64,000 bases of DNA, taken from NCBI GenBank assembly GCA_964035545.1, contig OZ037773.1, forward strand, positions 7,655,751 to 7,719,750. The letters run 5' to 3'. Below the pieces are notes generated by a model. It was not told the origin of the DNA. It was given only the letters and a program-made list of their open reading frames with translations, and searched no databases. Numbering within the stretch: the stretch's first letter is position 1; each line of letters begins with the position of its first letter. Positions 1 to 13,100 of this stretch are shown here, one piece after another. A program made the position numbers and the translations under genes. Origin of the DNA: Bugula neritina. Lineage: Eukaryota > Animalia > Bryozoa.

Positions 1-47
1 ATGCCGAAATATGAGGCAGCGAAGGTAGAACCAGGTATGAAACTTAC

Positions 48-3000
48 CCGACTAGAGCTGTATTCCTCCATTGTGCTGAGAGTCACCTGATGACGAGGAA
101 TGAACTTGAAGACTTCCAGTAGAGGAATGATGTAGACGCTATGCAGCAGCATTGCCTGTGAGTAATAGAATGATGCATAAAGTCAGCACTCATCTTCCTT
201 AATCAAGTCAGCAGCTATAGGTCAAAGGTTATTTTTATTGAAAGCAAATTATAGTTATCGAGATTGGTTTAAGTTCAAAAAGTCTTCAATTATGCTGGTG
301 AGCTAATATAAATACATTTTAATAATTTTATAAATAAATAGATATAGGGTTTTCTAAACTACATCAAGAGTTTACTGCTCTAAATTATGATAATAATGTA
401 ATTAAATGCATTAAAAACACACTTGCTTGCAGTCTTTGTTTCTTATCTAAATTATTTATTTGGTCTGGCCTGCAGATACAAATTCATGTTATCTACAGTA
501 ATAGCTACTAGCTCTTCAATGATCATTTATTTATTAGAATAATTGCCACTGTCATTTGTTTGCTAGCAGTGTGCATATTATATTATTAACAAACACAGAA
601 GTTGTCTTACCAATAGTACCAAAACTAAGCCACACTTACCATCCGGTCTTCATCTGCAACTGTGTAGAAGCAGCCCAGCTCTCCAAACTCTTGAAAACAT
701 TTTGTTAAATTTTGAGTTGCGGATTTTGCAAATGTGTCAATGTAATCTGCCGTCATTTGTTCTAGCGCAACGTCCTTGAACTCCAAGGCAAATCTTCGCC
801 GGTGGAATACATACGAAATAAATCTGTAAAAGTTTATAGTAACTAATAGAATAGCTGATAAAAACTGGCAAAAATTCCGTGGAAGCAACAGCAATGAAAC
901 TTATTCAGGTCAGAGCACTTAGAGTAATTACTCATGCAGTGAGCAACTATCTTACATGTTGAAAAAAAAGCTCAAAGCATAATTGCAAAGTATTGCAGTA
1001 GACTATATTTTGTGATATTTATTATAAATGTTTCTACTATATTAAATCATATAGACAAAATACATATCAAATAAAGCTACTAGCGCTTTAATATAATTTG
1101 TTGATTTTATTGGCACGCCCAAAGCACAGATGGCATGATACTGTCAGAAAAGACCTCCATTCCTGTTCCCTCAACAAAGAGGACGCTCAGGACAGGGTTA
1201 GGTGGAGAAGCCTAATTGAGCTAGGCCTTCGGCAGCCACCCGCTGCCCGAACAGGACAAAGCGGAGATAGGTGAGAACAGGTGAGAATTGGCAGGTCTGC
1301 ATAATGGTTGTGATTTAGTGCATAACACTAAGTGAGACTATAGCAATAAGTAGTACAAAGTAAGACTTATAGTAGTTGAGTAATAATACTGAATTCAACT
1401 GCTTACAGTAGTGCCTTGTTTTTCATTCACTATTTATTATGAGAACATAATAAATATTTTATCAATAAAAAGAATTTTTGACTCGGTGACACGCTGAATT
1501 CAAAAGTCAAAATGTGAGTTTTTAAAAAAAAGATGTGTACCTGTCTGATGGGTTTCTTAGCTGAATATAAAACTTTGTTGAGGGTGTGGCCATGAAGCCG
1601 ATGTACTGCATAGTTGAAAGGACGATGACATGCGTGCTATTCCTCTTTATTGAGGTGTAGAGAATCATATTTCCTGTCAAGTTTGCAAACAGTTTAAAAC
1701 GCAGATCAAGGCGGAATTACTAATGGAAGTACAAATCAAGTTGTACTATTTTCAATAGCAGCAGCTCTGCATCACATGTTTATAGCATTATATATGCAAT
1801 AAAATGCCTCCATGCAAAATAAAATAAATAATTAACTTTAAACCCAAACATCAATCTAAAAAACCTGAACTATGCAAAATCTACCCTGGCCACTGCCAAG
1901 AAAATTAAGACAAGACGTTCAATGTACATGCATATGGTTTTCTCAAAAGATATACAGTTATTCTTTTTGCTTTTCTAGTGTTACTATAATAAACCGGACC
2001 ACTCCAAATATTGAATTCAAAAATATAGATGACATATCATCTTGTCAAGTATTCTACAATACTTATTTTTATTAAACCACTTGTAGTGAAGGTTATAGTA
2101 AAGCTAACCTGGGCCAGAGTTATAAAATGTTATGTCCTTCAACTGCTCTGCCTCTGCCATCTTTTCTACATTCCCTCTGGCAGCAAAATATTCTACTGGG
2201 CAAAAGTTTTCTGCAGGCATCAAATAATCCTGCATACAAATGTATTAACTTTAAACTAAATACACACTATAATTGTGACAATACATATCAAAGTTATATT
2301 CAAACAATCTTACCTCTCCTTGGAAAATAACTTGGATATTATTCCGGAAGAATTTAGAAAAATCAGTAGTTCCGCTTTTTCTCAATCCCAGTAGATGTAT
2401 GTTTGGAAAGCATGATGGCATCTTTCTATAAAAGGATCAAAAGATACATAATTGTTGTGGTGTTATGCAAAAAAAGTATATTATATTTTCTATGCATTTC
2501 AATTATAGAGACAGATCTATTTTTAAGCATGATCTGTAACATTCGCATGTCAAACCCCTTTAAGCTACTTTAAAATTAATAAAAATATGTATATAGAATA
2601 ACTTAAAAGGCGTCAGGTTTGAGAAAATAGTACTAGTCATGTGATCATCACATTTGAATACATACGTTGAAGTTGCCTTCCCCCACTCGCTCCTTCTAGA
2701 AGGTGCCAGCCAGCAATGGGCTCTGTAACCAGCCAGGTATTCTGGTTTGACACAGTTTGCCAAACTAATGTAGCTGACCTAAAAAATTCAAAAGCAATAA
2801 CATCTGGCATTGGAATATTTAATAACGCTTACATTAAGTTTAGGTTGGCTAAAGTTGATTTCTTGATTGACCATTAAAACAAATCAGAGACATGTTATAT
2901 ATTAGGAATTGTCTTACTTTTGTATAAATTTGCACACTGTTATTTATAAAAATAATATAACCTATATTATAATATGTGATGTGCATACAGTGATATGCAG

Positions 3001-3847
3001 CTTTTGTTGAAGTTGTCTGCCCATCTTTGATTTTTACTTTTGACTTGTACAAATTACAATTTTTGAGCTAATTATAATCATCTTACAAGGAGTCCAGTTT
3101 GTTTTTCCTTTTCAACCACATCAGTCGTGCTGTGAAATGCTCTCAGAAGTAGAAAGGTGAAAAAGCTGCCGAGCGAAATAACAACCAGAAACTCACGCCT
3201 GCAAGTCCTTGATACTTTATTGTGGTAACCCATGCCGTGAGTAAAGCTTATAGACTAAAACGATTAACAATAAGTCTGTTATAATTTGTGTAGATCTACA
3301 ATCAGCTAGTCACCATTACAATATACCTTTATAATATATATTTTGTGGCATCAATACATTATTAAACTACAAATAATATATCAAAATATATTTCTTATAT
3401 ATAGGTTTGCTCCAATTATAAAGAAGCATTTTTTTATTGTAGTCTAATTGTATAAGGCAGTACAGTTATGTAATATAGGGAGCAGCCGTGGTCTAGGGGT
3501 TAGAGCGTTTGCCTAGTAAACACGAAGGTCATGGGTTCGAGCCCTGACAAAGGCCATTGGTGATGTTAGGAAGAGCATCCAGTCATAATTGCTCCTGTGC
3601 CTCATTTAAATAAGTCCTTAGCCCGCTTTAACAAAAACCCTTTCTATCAGGGTTTTCTCACAGGGATAGTGACTATAAACTTGCGTGCGTGAGTACAGTT
3701 ATGTAATATACCCATAGCATATCTGTTAACTTTTTGTCATGCTATATTTTATAAAGCTCTGTGATAGCTGATCATGTAAGTTAAAAGACTTTCTACTTAC
3801 ACTATGAATCTGCCAGTCCAAATGGTTAGTAGTGAGTGTCGCACCAT
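48..3847 (-). CDS. Carbohydrate sulfotransferase 15 (GalNAc4S-6ST)-like Golgi sulfotransferase, 3'-partial (continues off the left edge); 8 exons: 3847-3801, 3198-3087, 2778-2666, 2425-2314, 2229-2109, 1673-1541, 823-640, 155-48
   Basis: All exons are GT-AG and phase-compatible. The product has a short N-terminal tail, a type II TM segment (FLVVISLGSFFTFLLL), a 5'-PAPS-binding motif (CFPNIHLLGLRKSGTTDF), a 3'-PAPS-binding motif (KFYIQLRNPSDRFIS), and C-terminal blocks (LTKCFQEFGELGCFY; LLHSVYIIPLLEVFKFIPRHQVTLSTMEEY) in the same order as CHST15-family proteins. Confidence 0.85.
1112..1286 (+). mobile_element. 5'-truncated RTE-clade LINE 3' fragment inside a sulfotransferase intron (antisense to the host gene)
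   Basis: GC-rich island translating to RPKHRWHDTVRKDLHSCSLNKEDAQDRVRWRSLI...*, the typical RTE ORF C-terminus (RP..RW.D.V..DL......A.DR..WR). It ends in a short repeated tail (aggtgagaa x2). Confidence 0.75.
3478..3691 (+). mobile_element. tRNA-derived SINE with a 19-bp target-site duplication
   Basis: A-box-like (GTGGTCTAGGGGTT) and B-box (GGTTCGAGCCC) head. AGTACAGTTATGTAATATA is repeated at 3459-3477 and 3692-3710. Degenerate copies occur at ~20570-20755 and ~33040-33222. Confidence 0.85.
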
Positions 3848-5234
3848 TACAGTTATTTACTTCTACTCGGGGACTGTAAAGTTAATAATATTCTTTTCTC
3901 ACCTCTCACAAAGCTAGTTAGATTTTCACCAAAACTTATACAGCATAGCTATTGCCATCGCAACTACTATTAGCCTGTATGTTAGCATAATGATAGGTAG
4001 TATATTGGTCCTTGTACACCCTCACATTATAGTGCTTCTACATAAAGACTGCTGGTATCTTGTTTATTGTACTAAAAGCTTTGCTGGTATCAAAATAGCA
4101 ACTGAATATATTTTCTATTCCTAAGATTGAGGCAAATATAACTTTCCTATGAGCTTGTGTCCAGTACAGTAAACCCAAATTTACCTATACAAAATCAAAA
4201 GAGCTAAGGGTAGCAAATTCAAATTCTTTTTTGGAAAAGCTAATCAATTATTGTCAGCTTGTAATTAATTTTATTCAAATCATTGCCAATACTATTCTTT
4301 TATAGTGCTGCTAATAATCAAATATGATACAAATGCAATACATGCATATTATAGTATGTTATTATATAAATATGCATAGTATAGTTGTCATTTATATAGT
4401 GCAAAGATGCTCATTGTTGTTAGGCTGGAAAAAGCTTAATAAAAATTTATAGCTGTGATATTGAAATATAAAAGTAATAATTCATTAGCTATAACCAAAG
4501 GGTTAAAGAATCCCTGACACACTTTACTTATATAGCACGAAAATATTCATCTATATCTTAGCTATCACTAGACCACCCCTTTGAGGGTGGATGGCTAGAC
4601 TATTTTGTTTTATAACAAGATTAGTGCATGCATGTCCAGAAAACTTTCGGATTTCTAAGCTCTCAGTGCACACGTATTACGCCGGTTTCCGGTCTGCTTC
4701 GAGTCCTAGTTACTATATAACTAATAGTAATAATTGCATACTTTCACAGCGTTTTATTTTTAGCCACTGCAACACACAGATAAATCACTAAACTGACATA
4801 AATTTTAAAACACAGAGTACAACTAAGGCTCAATGAAAAAAACAAATGATACCATTTTATTATTGATATTAAGAGCTAAAGTTACTTCCGTTAGAAATTT
4901 TGAGCATCGGAAAAATGAAATAGCCTCACCCTCACGATGTAATTAGAACGGGTGGCTAAGTACGGCGATAACACGATATTGTTGAAAGAAATTAGCTAAA
5001 TCTAACGAGTGGTAAACTTTTCTATAAAACATTACAAATAATTGCATATTATTACGCTTCCAAATAGATTATCATTACCGTAACCGGATATTACCAATAT
5101 AACCTGTGCCTAGTAGTACTACTACTAGTAGTAGTCGCTCGCTATCTATATAAATTAGATTTCATATTCATATTGCCATTGGACTCTAATGAACAAACTT
5201 ATTACCTATATTACTAGTTACACTTACTGTCGAC

Positions 5235-6421
5235 ATGACTACACGAATGGCTTCAAGTTCTAAAGGCAAATGCAAAAGAAGAGTGTGTGAAGCTGCAATG
5301 TGTTCGTACAAGGAAAAACACATGTTGATGTTTAAATGGCCTGCTGATACTGCGTGTGGTGAAAAATGGACCAAGTTTGTCAATACGAAAAGAAAAAACT
5401 TTCTGCCTGATAACAACTCTCGTTTGTGTTTTCAGCATTTTGGTGATGAACAATTTACAAACATGGGCATGTATAAAGCAAAACTCATTAACATGTAAGT
5501 GAATAACTCACTCAAACTCATAGTCATAGTGATACTGACTAATGACTTAGTGATTGTGATATAATTAGACGATAGGCTAATGATAGTTTTTTTAATGTTG
5601 ATTTTCAACAATAAGTATAACTATAACTATCAAGTATTACTACAAGTTGGTATAAGTCAATAGGATTGTCATGACCGTGTTGATTCAATTTCATGTGACT
5701 ATGACATAAACTTGCAAGTACAAGTTTGCATTTATGATTTACACGATAACCATTATTGTAAGGAAATTCATTTATAATGGCGATAATATGAAAGACTTAT
5801 GATTATCAGAATGTGTCATAGTCACTTGGATACATACCATTAATATTATGATTCATACGCACTGATACTCATGCTATGAGTATGATACTGGTAATGGTGC
5901 CCATCATCAATACCAGTAAAAATTAATGGTAAATATTGTTCACTTATTGAAAGAATAAAAATTCATTGTCTTTGATTTACTCTTTAGATTGCATTTAGAG
6001 AAAACAGCAGTCCCAACTATTCATTTAGTGGAAACTGAGGGTGCAACTGGATGCACTCCATTAACTCCTCGGAAACAAAGTCAGCAGGCGGCCACTATCA
6101 CACCTAAAGAAGCTCGCTGGTTAAAAAGAACAGACCCTGGTTTTCTGTAAGGATTATAATATTGAAAATGCGATCTTGAGCAATAAAATTGAAATATGAT
6201 ATAGACAGCAATGGAGATTTTCTGCAGCTGTTTCAATAATACTTTTCCAGTTACCTTCATATATAATAATATTTTAGAGCTTTGCCAAGTCAAACAAAAA
6301 AACCAGCTCTCCATCGTAAGCCAGAAAAGAAGGGCCTACAGAAAGGAATAGGACACAACAAATATGTGCAAACACCTAAAAGGATGCAGAAAAAGATTAG
6401 AAGCAAAGCTGTTCAATGCTG
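5235..6421 (+). pseudogene. THAP-domain N-terminus of the Kolobok transposase gene, truncated; exons 5235-5494, 5988-6146, 6278-6421
   Basis: C2CH THAP motif: CEAAMC...FKWP...W...LCFQHF, with AVPTI completed in exon 2, then a basic linker ending RSKAVQC. No DDE core fits before the convergent gene ends at 6867. Confidence 0.75.
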
Positions 6422-6866
6422 GTATATAGAAATATGGCGAAATAGTATTGTTCACTTAGCTCAAAAACTGAATTCATAGCTTTTCTCCATATTTATTTTT
6501 ATTTAAAATGCATGTTCTAATGCAACAAAAAACCAAATATTTTTGTGTAATGGAAATAATATTTTTAATTTTCCACCTCAAGGTGTGTCAAAAATAAATT
6601 TGGACAATATATCTACTTGTAGTCTCAGTTTCCATTGAAATGTAGATATTGTAGAATATGATCTTAGAGTCACTTGAAAAGTTCAGCGCAAAAATAGTCA
6701 CCATATTGAAGTATATTCACCATTATTGCAACTCAAACTCAACGGTAAATTAATTTCAAAGGTCAGGGAGATTGCAAATAATGAGGTTTATTCTCATAGT
6801 AAGCTGTACACACTACAAGAGGCAGTAGCAACTGACTGCTACTAAAAATCACCAGAGTGTTAATGT

Positions 6867-8587
6867 TCATAAATCTTCATTGTACACGAATTTGCTGAAC
6901 ATCCATTCAGCAAATTCTTCCTCATCTTCAGTTGGGGGGAATGTAGCTTGCACCCAATCGTATAAGCAAGCTGGTAAAGGGCGTCTCTCACCCTTTTTAA
7001 TATCTGGAAACAGCCAGAACACCAAAAACCGGTAGCTGCAGAACCTTTTTTTAGTGTTGAGAGAATGGGCCTTCTCATCAAACAAATCATCTACCAAAAT
7101 AAATGATTGGCTAAATAATCAAGTAAGACTATCTAGAAAAACTAACAATGACAGTTACTGATCTACAGTAGCAATTGACTAACCATGATATCTCAGGTAG
7201 CTGCTGTATGCAACTTCTAATACAGCTGGTTGCGTCAATTGCTGTACTCCCGGGTGCTGTGTTATACATTCCATGCTGCTATCTAATCGAAGGTTTGCAG
7301 CATGATCACGGCAACAAACAGACTGTTCCACTGTAGGCTGATTTTGGCAGCGGTGGCAAGTGCACCACTCCGTGGCTGGCCTTATATTTTTCTACAAAAC
7401 AAACAAGCTTTTCTAAAAACGTTATTACCAGTATCATCCACATTAAGTCCATTAATTACTGTGTCTAAATTTGTTTCCTGTATTTTTCTTTGTATTGAAA
7501 ATTGAGTCCAATGAGGCTGAAGTTTGAAAATACTTTAAAATCATGGGTTTTAAAATATTCCAAGTTTGCATTACTGTTCAAACTATTTTTATATTTATAG
7601 TTGAAAATTAATTAGATTTTTTATATTAAAACAAACTCATAATTTTTGCTATGAAATAAACTAATTTTCAGAAATTTTAAAATATTTTATTGTTGTTAGT
7701 ACTATATGTTATACTATAAAAGCAGAAATTCAGAGAAATAGGGGGCTTAGAAATAAAATACTAAATGCTATCATCGTGAATGCAAGTTTGACATGATTAT
7801 GTATGTGATTAACTTATTTTGTTAAGGATCGGTATAACCACAATTACAATAAAAGTGAATAATAATTATCATTATTATGCATTTATAACAATACAGTCTT
7901 TCCCTTGACTTAAATTATCAGGTAAATCTAACTACAAATAATTAATACTAATACCTGTATTGGTAGTAGTAATAACAAAATTAGTATTGATCAAATATTT
8001 AATTACTTGACTGGAATTTGTAATCATTAAATTTAATGATTATCACTTTATTATTAATAATATTATATAAACCAATAGCAATCATCAAATATTTAGCTTG
8101 TAATTTGATATCATGCTTGCTCTAAAGCTTTAGTAGCACAAAACTCAGCTATATTAACTAATTAAGCCAGGATCAATACGAGCATTGGCATTGAGCATTG
8201 GAATTACGATTACAAAATGAAAATGAAATATTATAATTATAATAATTTATAACTTATACTAGCTTATACTTATAACTCAAAGTTAAAGTATTACTATTAG
8301 TATTAGTATTACTATTAGTATTACGGTATTAGTAACACTATAGTTTATAAAATTAAATCGTACTGATACTGTAAAATTATAAATATTATCACCTGTTGCT
8401 CATCAGTAACAGTAAAATCCTTGTCATGACTATCATCTCCATTTTCATCTTGATACGTAAACGGCTCAAACTGATAGCCCATTACTTCAGAAATCTCAGT
8501 GACAGCGTGAGTGTGATTGTCATAGTCATACTCATTGCGATTCTCACTGTGCTCTAAGTATTCTTCGTCAGAGCCAGATATGTTCAT
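6867..8587 (-). CDS. KolX-like protein with a P2X7 C-terminal (ballast) Zn-cysteine domain, 208 aa; exons 8587-8393, 7391-7184, 7090-6867
   Basis: Three phase-compatible exons give an open frame: acidic N-terminus with GYQFEP, then WCTCHRC...SVCC...CITQHPG, then RFCSYRFLVFW...RRPLPACLYDWVQATFP. These are the signature motifs of the P2RX7_C/KolX domain. Confidence 0.85.
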
Positions 8588-10116
8588 ATTAATATCGTAT
8601 TTATGTTATTTCTGTATTAGGTTTATCTTTATCACAATTACACTGCACAGACTCGGACACGGTAAGTTGGTAGCTATGTATTTATTGCCGCGAAATTTGT
8701 TTATGAAATAAAACCTAAATTCCACAAAAAAATACTAATTGGGGGGCTAGACAGACGTCCGATAAATTAAAAATGCTAAAACTAAGGTTACATGCAACGG
8801 AAAATATAGCCTATACTTATTTTCCGAATGTCTTACAGGCGGCGTTTCCATCTATTTCTCGCAACTGCGGTGTAATACGTCACAGAAGGGCGAAAAAAAT
8901 TCTCGAAGTTTTTTTGGACATGCATGCACTAAAACTGTTATAAAACAAAATTGTTTAGACCTGAAACCCTAAAAGAGTGTTAAAATGATAGCTAAGACAT
9001 AGATGAATATTTTCATGCTATATAAGTAAAGTGTGTCAGGAATTCTTTAAAGGGCTGGCATCGCATGTGGTGGGCAACTCCACGGGCTCACTTAGGATCT
9101 GACTTGTTGTTTTATCTTAACAGCTATAAACATTACATCGGTAAAATAGTACAGAGATGCCGAAAGTAACTATGGCGTTTAATATCTACCGTCAGCGATT
9201 CCATGTCAGGCAGTTTATTAACCATAGACAAGAAATTTTAAAAGTAGATATCAACTTTAATTTCACTCCGAGTTTCAGGTTGTGATGATTGCCCTCTGTT
9301 TTGTATTCATTATAGCTATGGGCATATTTATGACTATAAGCTGATGTCTCATGTAGATGCATGTTTTTAATTTAAAATAGCGCGTATACAAGTGTATGAC
9401 ACTTTTAATAAAAGTTAAAATAAAAATGCGTGCAGTCTAAGCTTAAGGCTAATGAACTATAACTATAAGTATAAAGTTTCAATAATTTATTAAATGTTAT
9501 AAATTACAATTAATATAGTTGTAATTATAAATAACTATAATAAATGTAGTTGACAATAATAAATTTAATAATAGACAAGACTTATATCAAATCGACTTAG
9601 TTTTAGTAATACTAATAAAATTTATTAATTAACTTCAAGTAATAATATTATTATTAGGAATTAGTATCATTATTGCTTTTTATATTTAATTTTATTAATT
9701 ATTTAATATTTATATTATCATTTTGGGAGTAAGCCTAAGACTAAAGTGATAACAGACAAAATGAAGATCAACATGAACATGGACATCAGGTTCAACATAT
9801 CCGATTTAAATTCAACTTGATAATCAATTATGACTCCTGGGCGAGTTTTTATTAATTATTTTATATCATTATTATAATTATTTTTATTGTAGTTTTTGCT
9901 TCGAGTTATATTAAAAATAAATTGCTATAGTTTTATTAACTTATAGTTATATTAAATGTGATACTGTTACTTATACTTATACTTATAGTCAGTGGGACTG
10001 TTGCCAGTTATCAGTTATGTGGTGTCAAGTTATGTCTGTTATTCAAAGCAGTTGTCAAATTTGATTAATACACACTCTGTACTATACACTCAGGTGCTGT
10101 CACTACAAGAACCAGT

Positions 10117-13100
10117 ATGGCTGAACATGATAATTACTTAGATGATGACGTTGGATCTGTAAGTCTCTTAGCAAATTAAAATATTACTTCAAAATAAAAT
10201 TTTTACTCAAACAAAATTGATCTAAAGCTTTTATAAATAGTATATTGTGAAATGTTCAGTTTTCTAGCTTTTGTTTATTTGTATGTTTCTTCTTTTGTAT
10301 ACAGTACCTGGTATACAATTTTTAATGCAGTTTTTGTTTCATTTATGTTGGCCTAAGTATCTATATTTTAAAAGAAAATTTAGTTTGATACTTTGTTAGA
10401 TTTAATGTTGAACTGCAACTCAATAACGCAGTATATATTTTAGAACTTGGGCATTCGACTCAAGGATGATATAGACATGAATGAACTGCGTCAGGGGAAA
10501 GGCGTAGAGTTCACTATTGATGAGGAGAGTTTTGCACCTGGTAAGAGTCTATAAATAGAAACATAGCAACCTATAAATAGGTTATTTCTGCTAGCTACAG
10601 GGTTGTCACCGTCTCATTACTACACCGTTGGTATGCAAGTAATATTTGTGGTAGCCCTTGTAGTATAATAGCTAACATGCTGGTTCAATTCTCGATAGAG
10701 GCAATTATTTTACAGGATGATTGCAAATTGTATTTAGTGAAAGTATTAACATGTGACTATTTTCTGCGTGACACTTTTTAGAGGAAAGTAGCACCTGCTT
10801 TGAGCACTCGGAAATGTACCGGAACTCAGAGTTATACAACGCCCCGGACAGCGACTCTGACGATGCAGACGAGACGAGCGATTTGACTCCCTTTCAACGG
10901 ATGAGAAAGAAGATGGTGAATGTAACGGAAGATGGAGGTTAGTTTTTATCTTTAAACACATTTTAGTCATGTCTTAGCTTCAGAGTCAAATGTCTCATTA
11001 CTAGTATGAGGCAGAGTGTAGCTTTTACAACCAGAGAGTTTACTGGGGAATACAGTATGATGAGAACTGCTGTAGATAGAGATGTCTAGTAGACCAATAC
11101 ACTTGATCTGACGGCTATTCTGCACATCTTATTGTGTTTTATAATGATGTCTCTGAATAACAAGTAATTGATTTATTGAAGCTGTTTGGTGTTGGGAATC
11201 TCACTATTAAAAATAGACAGGCGGCATGTAGTATGCAATTGATGCAACAGCTATTAATGGTTACAAAGATACTCGACCTTCAGGTGTGATGAAGAGAGTA
11301 CTAAAACCCGGAATGGGACCAACTATTTCCGAGTTTGTGACGCAGAAGCAAGAAATGGAAAAAGAGAAACCTGAAGAAGAGAGGAGATCATTTGATTTTG
11401 ACGACATTCAGGTTGCATGTAGGTAGCAATTTTTCAGCTTTTCTGATTACTTTTTGTATGATAATGCTACTGTAGTAGGTAGTTATTTTCCAGCTTTTTT
11501 AATTACTTTTTATATAATAATAATAAAAAAGGTATTGTTATATACTACTGTAGTGTTATTTGATGCTGCGCCATGTTTATAGATAGGATTATGTAATACT
11601 GGCCCACTTGTAGATAATGAAAACAATGTTTTTATCACTGGTATAATCTATAATGCTTATTATTGCAATATATTATATATTTATTATTTGTAAGGTATGG
11701 GAGTAGGTATAGTATTTTTATAGATCACTATTCCGGCAAACAGGAAATGGATTCTGAACCCTTTGACGTAACGTACCTGCGAGATTCTCGCCCACAAAAA
11801 GCTCATTTAAACGATGAGTTCTTCCTAGGCTTCAGGATTGCCGTCGGCAGCATGAAAAACAAAGAGGTTGCTGACTTTATCATCAGTCCAGAGTACGCGT
11901 TCGGCACAATGGGGTGTCCACCTCGAATCAAGCCAGACGCCACTCGTAAGTAATTTCGATACTCAGCAACTAGCAGAGGCTGTTCCATTTGAGCTTGTAC
12001 TGAATTGTAGCTGACTGGAGTCGTCCTTTCTCAAGAGCTGTAGGCCCTTGAGATTTTATTGTAGGCGAATGGGCTAATCTTTAATAACATCACAATCTAA
12101 CATTATTTGCTGCTAAAACAATAATAATGCACGCTTACCTTGTCTTCATAATGTAAAATATTAGTATTTAGTAGTTATCTGCTCAATGTAGAGTATTAGT
12201 ATTTAGTAGTTATCTGCTCAATGTAGAGTATTAGTATTTAGTAGTTATCTGCTCAATGTAGAATATTGGTATTTAGTAGTTATCTGCTCAGTGTAGAGTA
12301 TTAGTATTTAGTAGTTATCTGCTCAATGTAGAGTATTGGTATTTGGTAATTGTCTGCTCAATATATAATATTGGTATTTAGTAGTTATCTGCTCAGTGTA
12401 GAACATATCGGTAATATATTGCTTATGCTGTAAACGAACTTGGATGTCTTGCAGTTCAATACAGAATAGAGATGGTTAATTACTGGGCAACCACTGAGAT
12501 TGATGCATATATTAAGATGTCCCGGGTAAGTGTGTATGATACATTTAGTTTGTGTCAATATGGTGCCAGTTATTACAGTGTCAGTAAGGTGTCAGTCAGT
12601 ATGGTGTCATTTAGTCAGTATAGAGTCAGTATGGTGTCAATCAGTACAGAGTTAGTAAGGTGTCAGTTAATATAGAGTTAGTATGCGACAAACAGCCTCT
12701 TTTCACTGATATAAATATAAACCTACTAATGTGTCAACAATGCAACCTGTTTAATATTCCTATATTGATCTGTTGCCATGGTTTCCATAAACTTGTCTTA
12801 GGAATCAAAGAAGCTGGTGCCTGTGTGTAAGCTGGTGAAGTTGTGTAGTAAGTTGAGAGAAGAGGCAAACAAACTGTACAACTCAGCTGACTTCAAGGGA
12901 GCTGCTCACAACTATGGAAAGGTGCGCAAGATTCTTACATGAACATTTTCCTGTTTGCTCTTCAGCTAGTCAGGAAACAGTTTTTACACTACCCTCGTTG
13001 TTCTGTTGCCAGGCAATACGAATCCTAGACAATGCCAACTTACAGAATGACGAGGATGAGGCAATGCAACAGCGAGCTTTAGTCAAGTTGTATCTAAATC

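Larger units (their letters stand above)
4507..9046. mobile_element. Kolobok-superfamily DNA transposon, internally deleted (non-autonomous)
   Basis: TTAA on both sides (4503-4506, 9047-9050), AG termini, ~150-bp imperfect TIRs (AGAATCCCTGACACACTTTACTTATATAGCA...). Contains a THAP gene and a convergent KolX-like gene, the Kolobok layout. Confidence 0.85.

Noticed and set aside
3478-3560. Possible tRNA gene
   Set aside because: The acceptor stem does not close, and it is followed by a SINE body with TSD and dispersed copies.
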